In this document: positions 63,604 through 64,000 of the stretch, piece by piece
How the letters are laid out: every line of letters starts with the position of its first letter
How positions within the stretch are numbered: position 1 is the first letter of the stretch
Origin: Heptranchias perlo
Lineage: Eukaryota
Assembly: GCF_035084215.1 (NCBI RefSeq)
Contig: NW_027139558.1
Span: forward strand, 1-64,000
DNA: 64,000 nt
Reading direction: 5' to 3'
Position numbers and translations under genes: made by a program
Notes under the pieces: generated by a model
Databases searched by the model: none
What the model saw: only the letters and a program-made list of their open reading frames with translations
Told to the model about the DNA's origin: nothing

Positions 63604-64000
63604 TCTCTCTCCATCTCTATCTCTCCCTCTCCATCTCTCCCTGTCTCTCTCTGTTACTCTCACTCCATCTCTATCTCTCCCTGTCTCTCTCTGTTACTCT
63701 CTCTCCATCTCGATCTCTCCCTGTCTCTCTCTGTTACTCTCTCTCCATCTCAATCTCTCCCTGTCTCTCTCTGTTGCTCTCTCTCCATCTCTATCTCTAT
63801 CTCTCCCCATCTCTCTCTTACTCTCTCTCCATCTCCATCTCTCCCCATCTCTCTCTGTTACTCTCGCTCCATCTCTATCTCTCCCCATCTCTCTCTGTTA
63901 CTCTCTCTCCATCTCCATCTCTCCCCATCTCTCTCTGTTACTCTCTCTCCATCTTTATCTCTCCCTGTCACTCTCTCTCCATCTCTATCTCTCCCTGTCT
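63604..64000. repeat. CT-rich compound minisatellite
   Basis: Repeated ctctctgttactctctctccatctc units. Confidence 0.9.

Noticed and set aside
56908-64000. Ig constant-region exon
   Set aside because: No listed frame with the C1-set Cys-Trp-Cys pattern was found; short exons without a start codon or exons in the N runs could have been missed.

Overview
Eukaryotic, repeat-dense DNA that by gene and repeat content looks like a cartilaginous fish (shark/ray); the taxon is inferred. There are two host loci. (1) A two-exon class-A GPCR of the GPR139/GPR142-like type on the minus strand (exon 1 27250-27496, exon 2 3784-4682, 381 aa when spliced), with a 22.6-kb intron. (2) An unrearranged immunoglobulin heavy-chain mini-cluster on the plus strand (leader 54339-54384, VH 54508-54805, D1 56025-56040, D2 56433-56444, JH 56852-56901, all with RSSs). 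The V looks IgW-like, and no C exon is visible in the window. The GPCR intron is a 30-bp minisatellite interrupted by a nested stack: two Penelope (Neptune-type) copies, a solo LTR, a near-intact Harbinger with transposase and 3-exon Myb/SANT gene, and a second deleted Harbinger inside it. The outer Harbinger sits at the apex of a Penelope fold-back. The rest is about nine minisatellite families (some derived from CR1 LINE sequence), CR1/L2/Tx1 fragments, Deu-type SINEs, a large asymmetric inverted structure (38.3-53.8 kb) and three Penelope hammerhead-ribozyme motifs, two of them inside a 10-kb satellite just upstream of the IgH promoter. Most long ORFs in the track are tandem-repeat artefacts.
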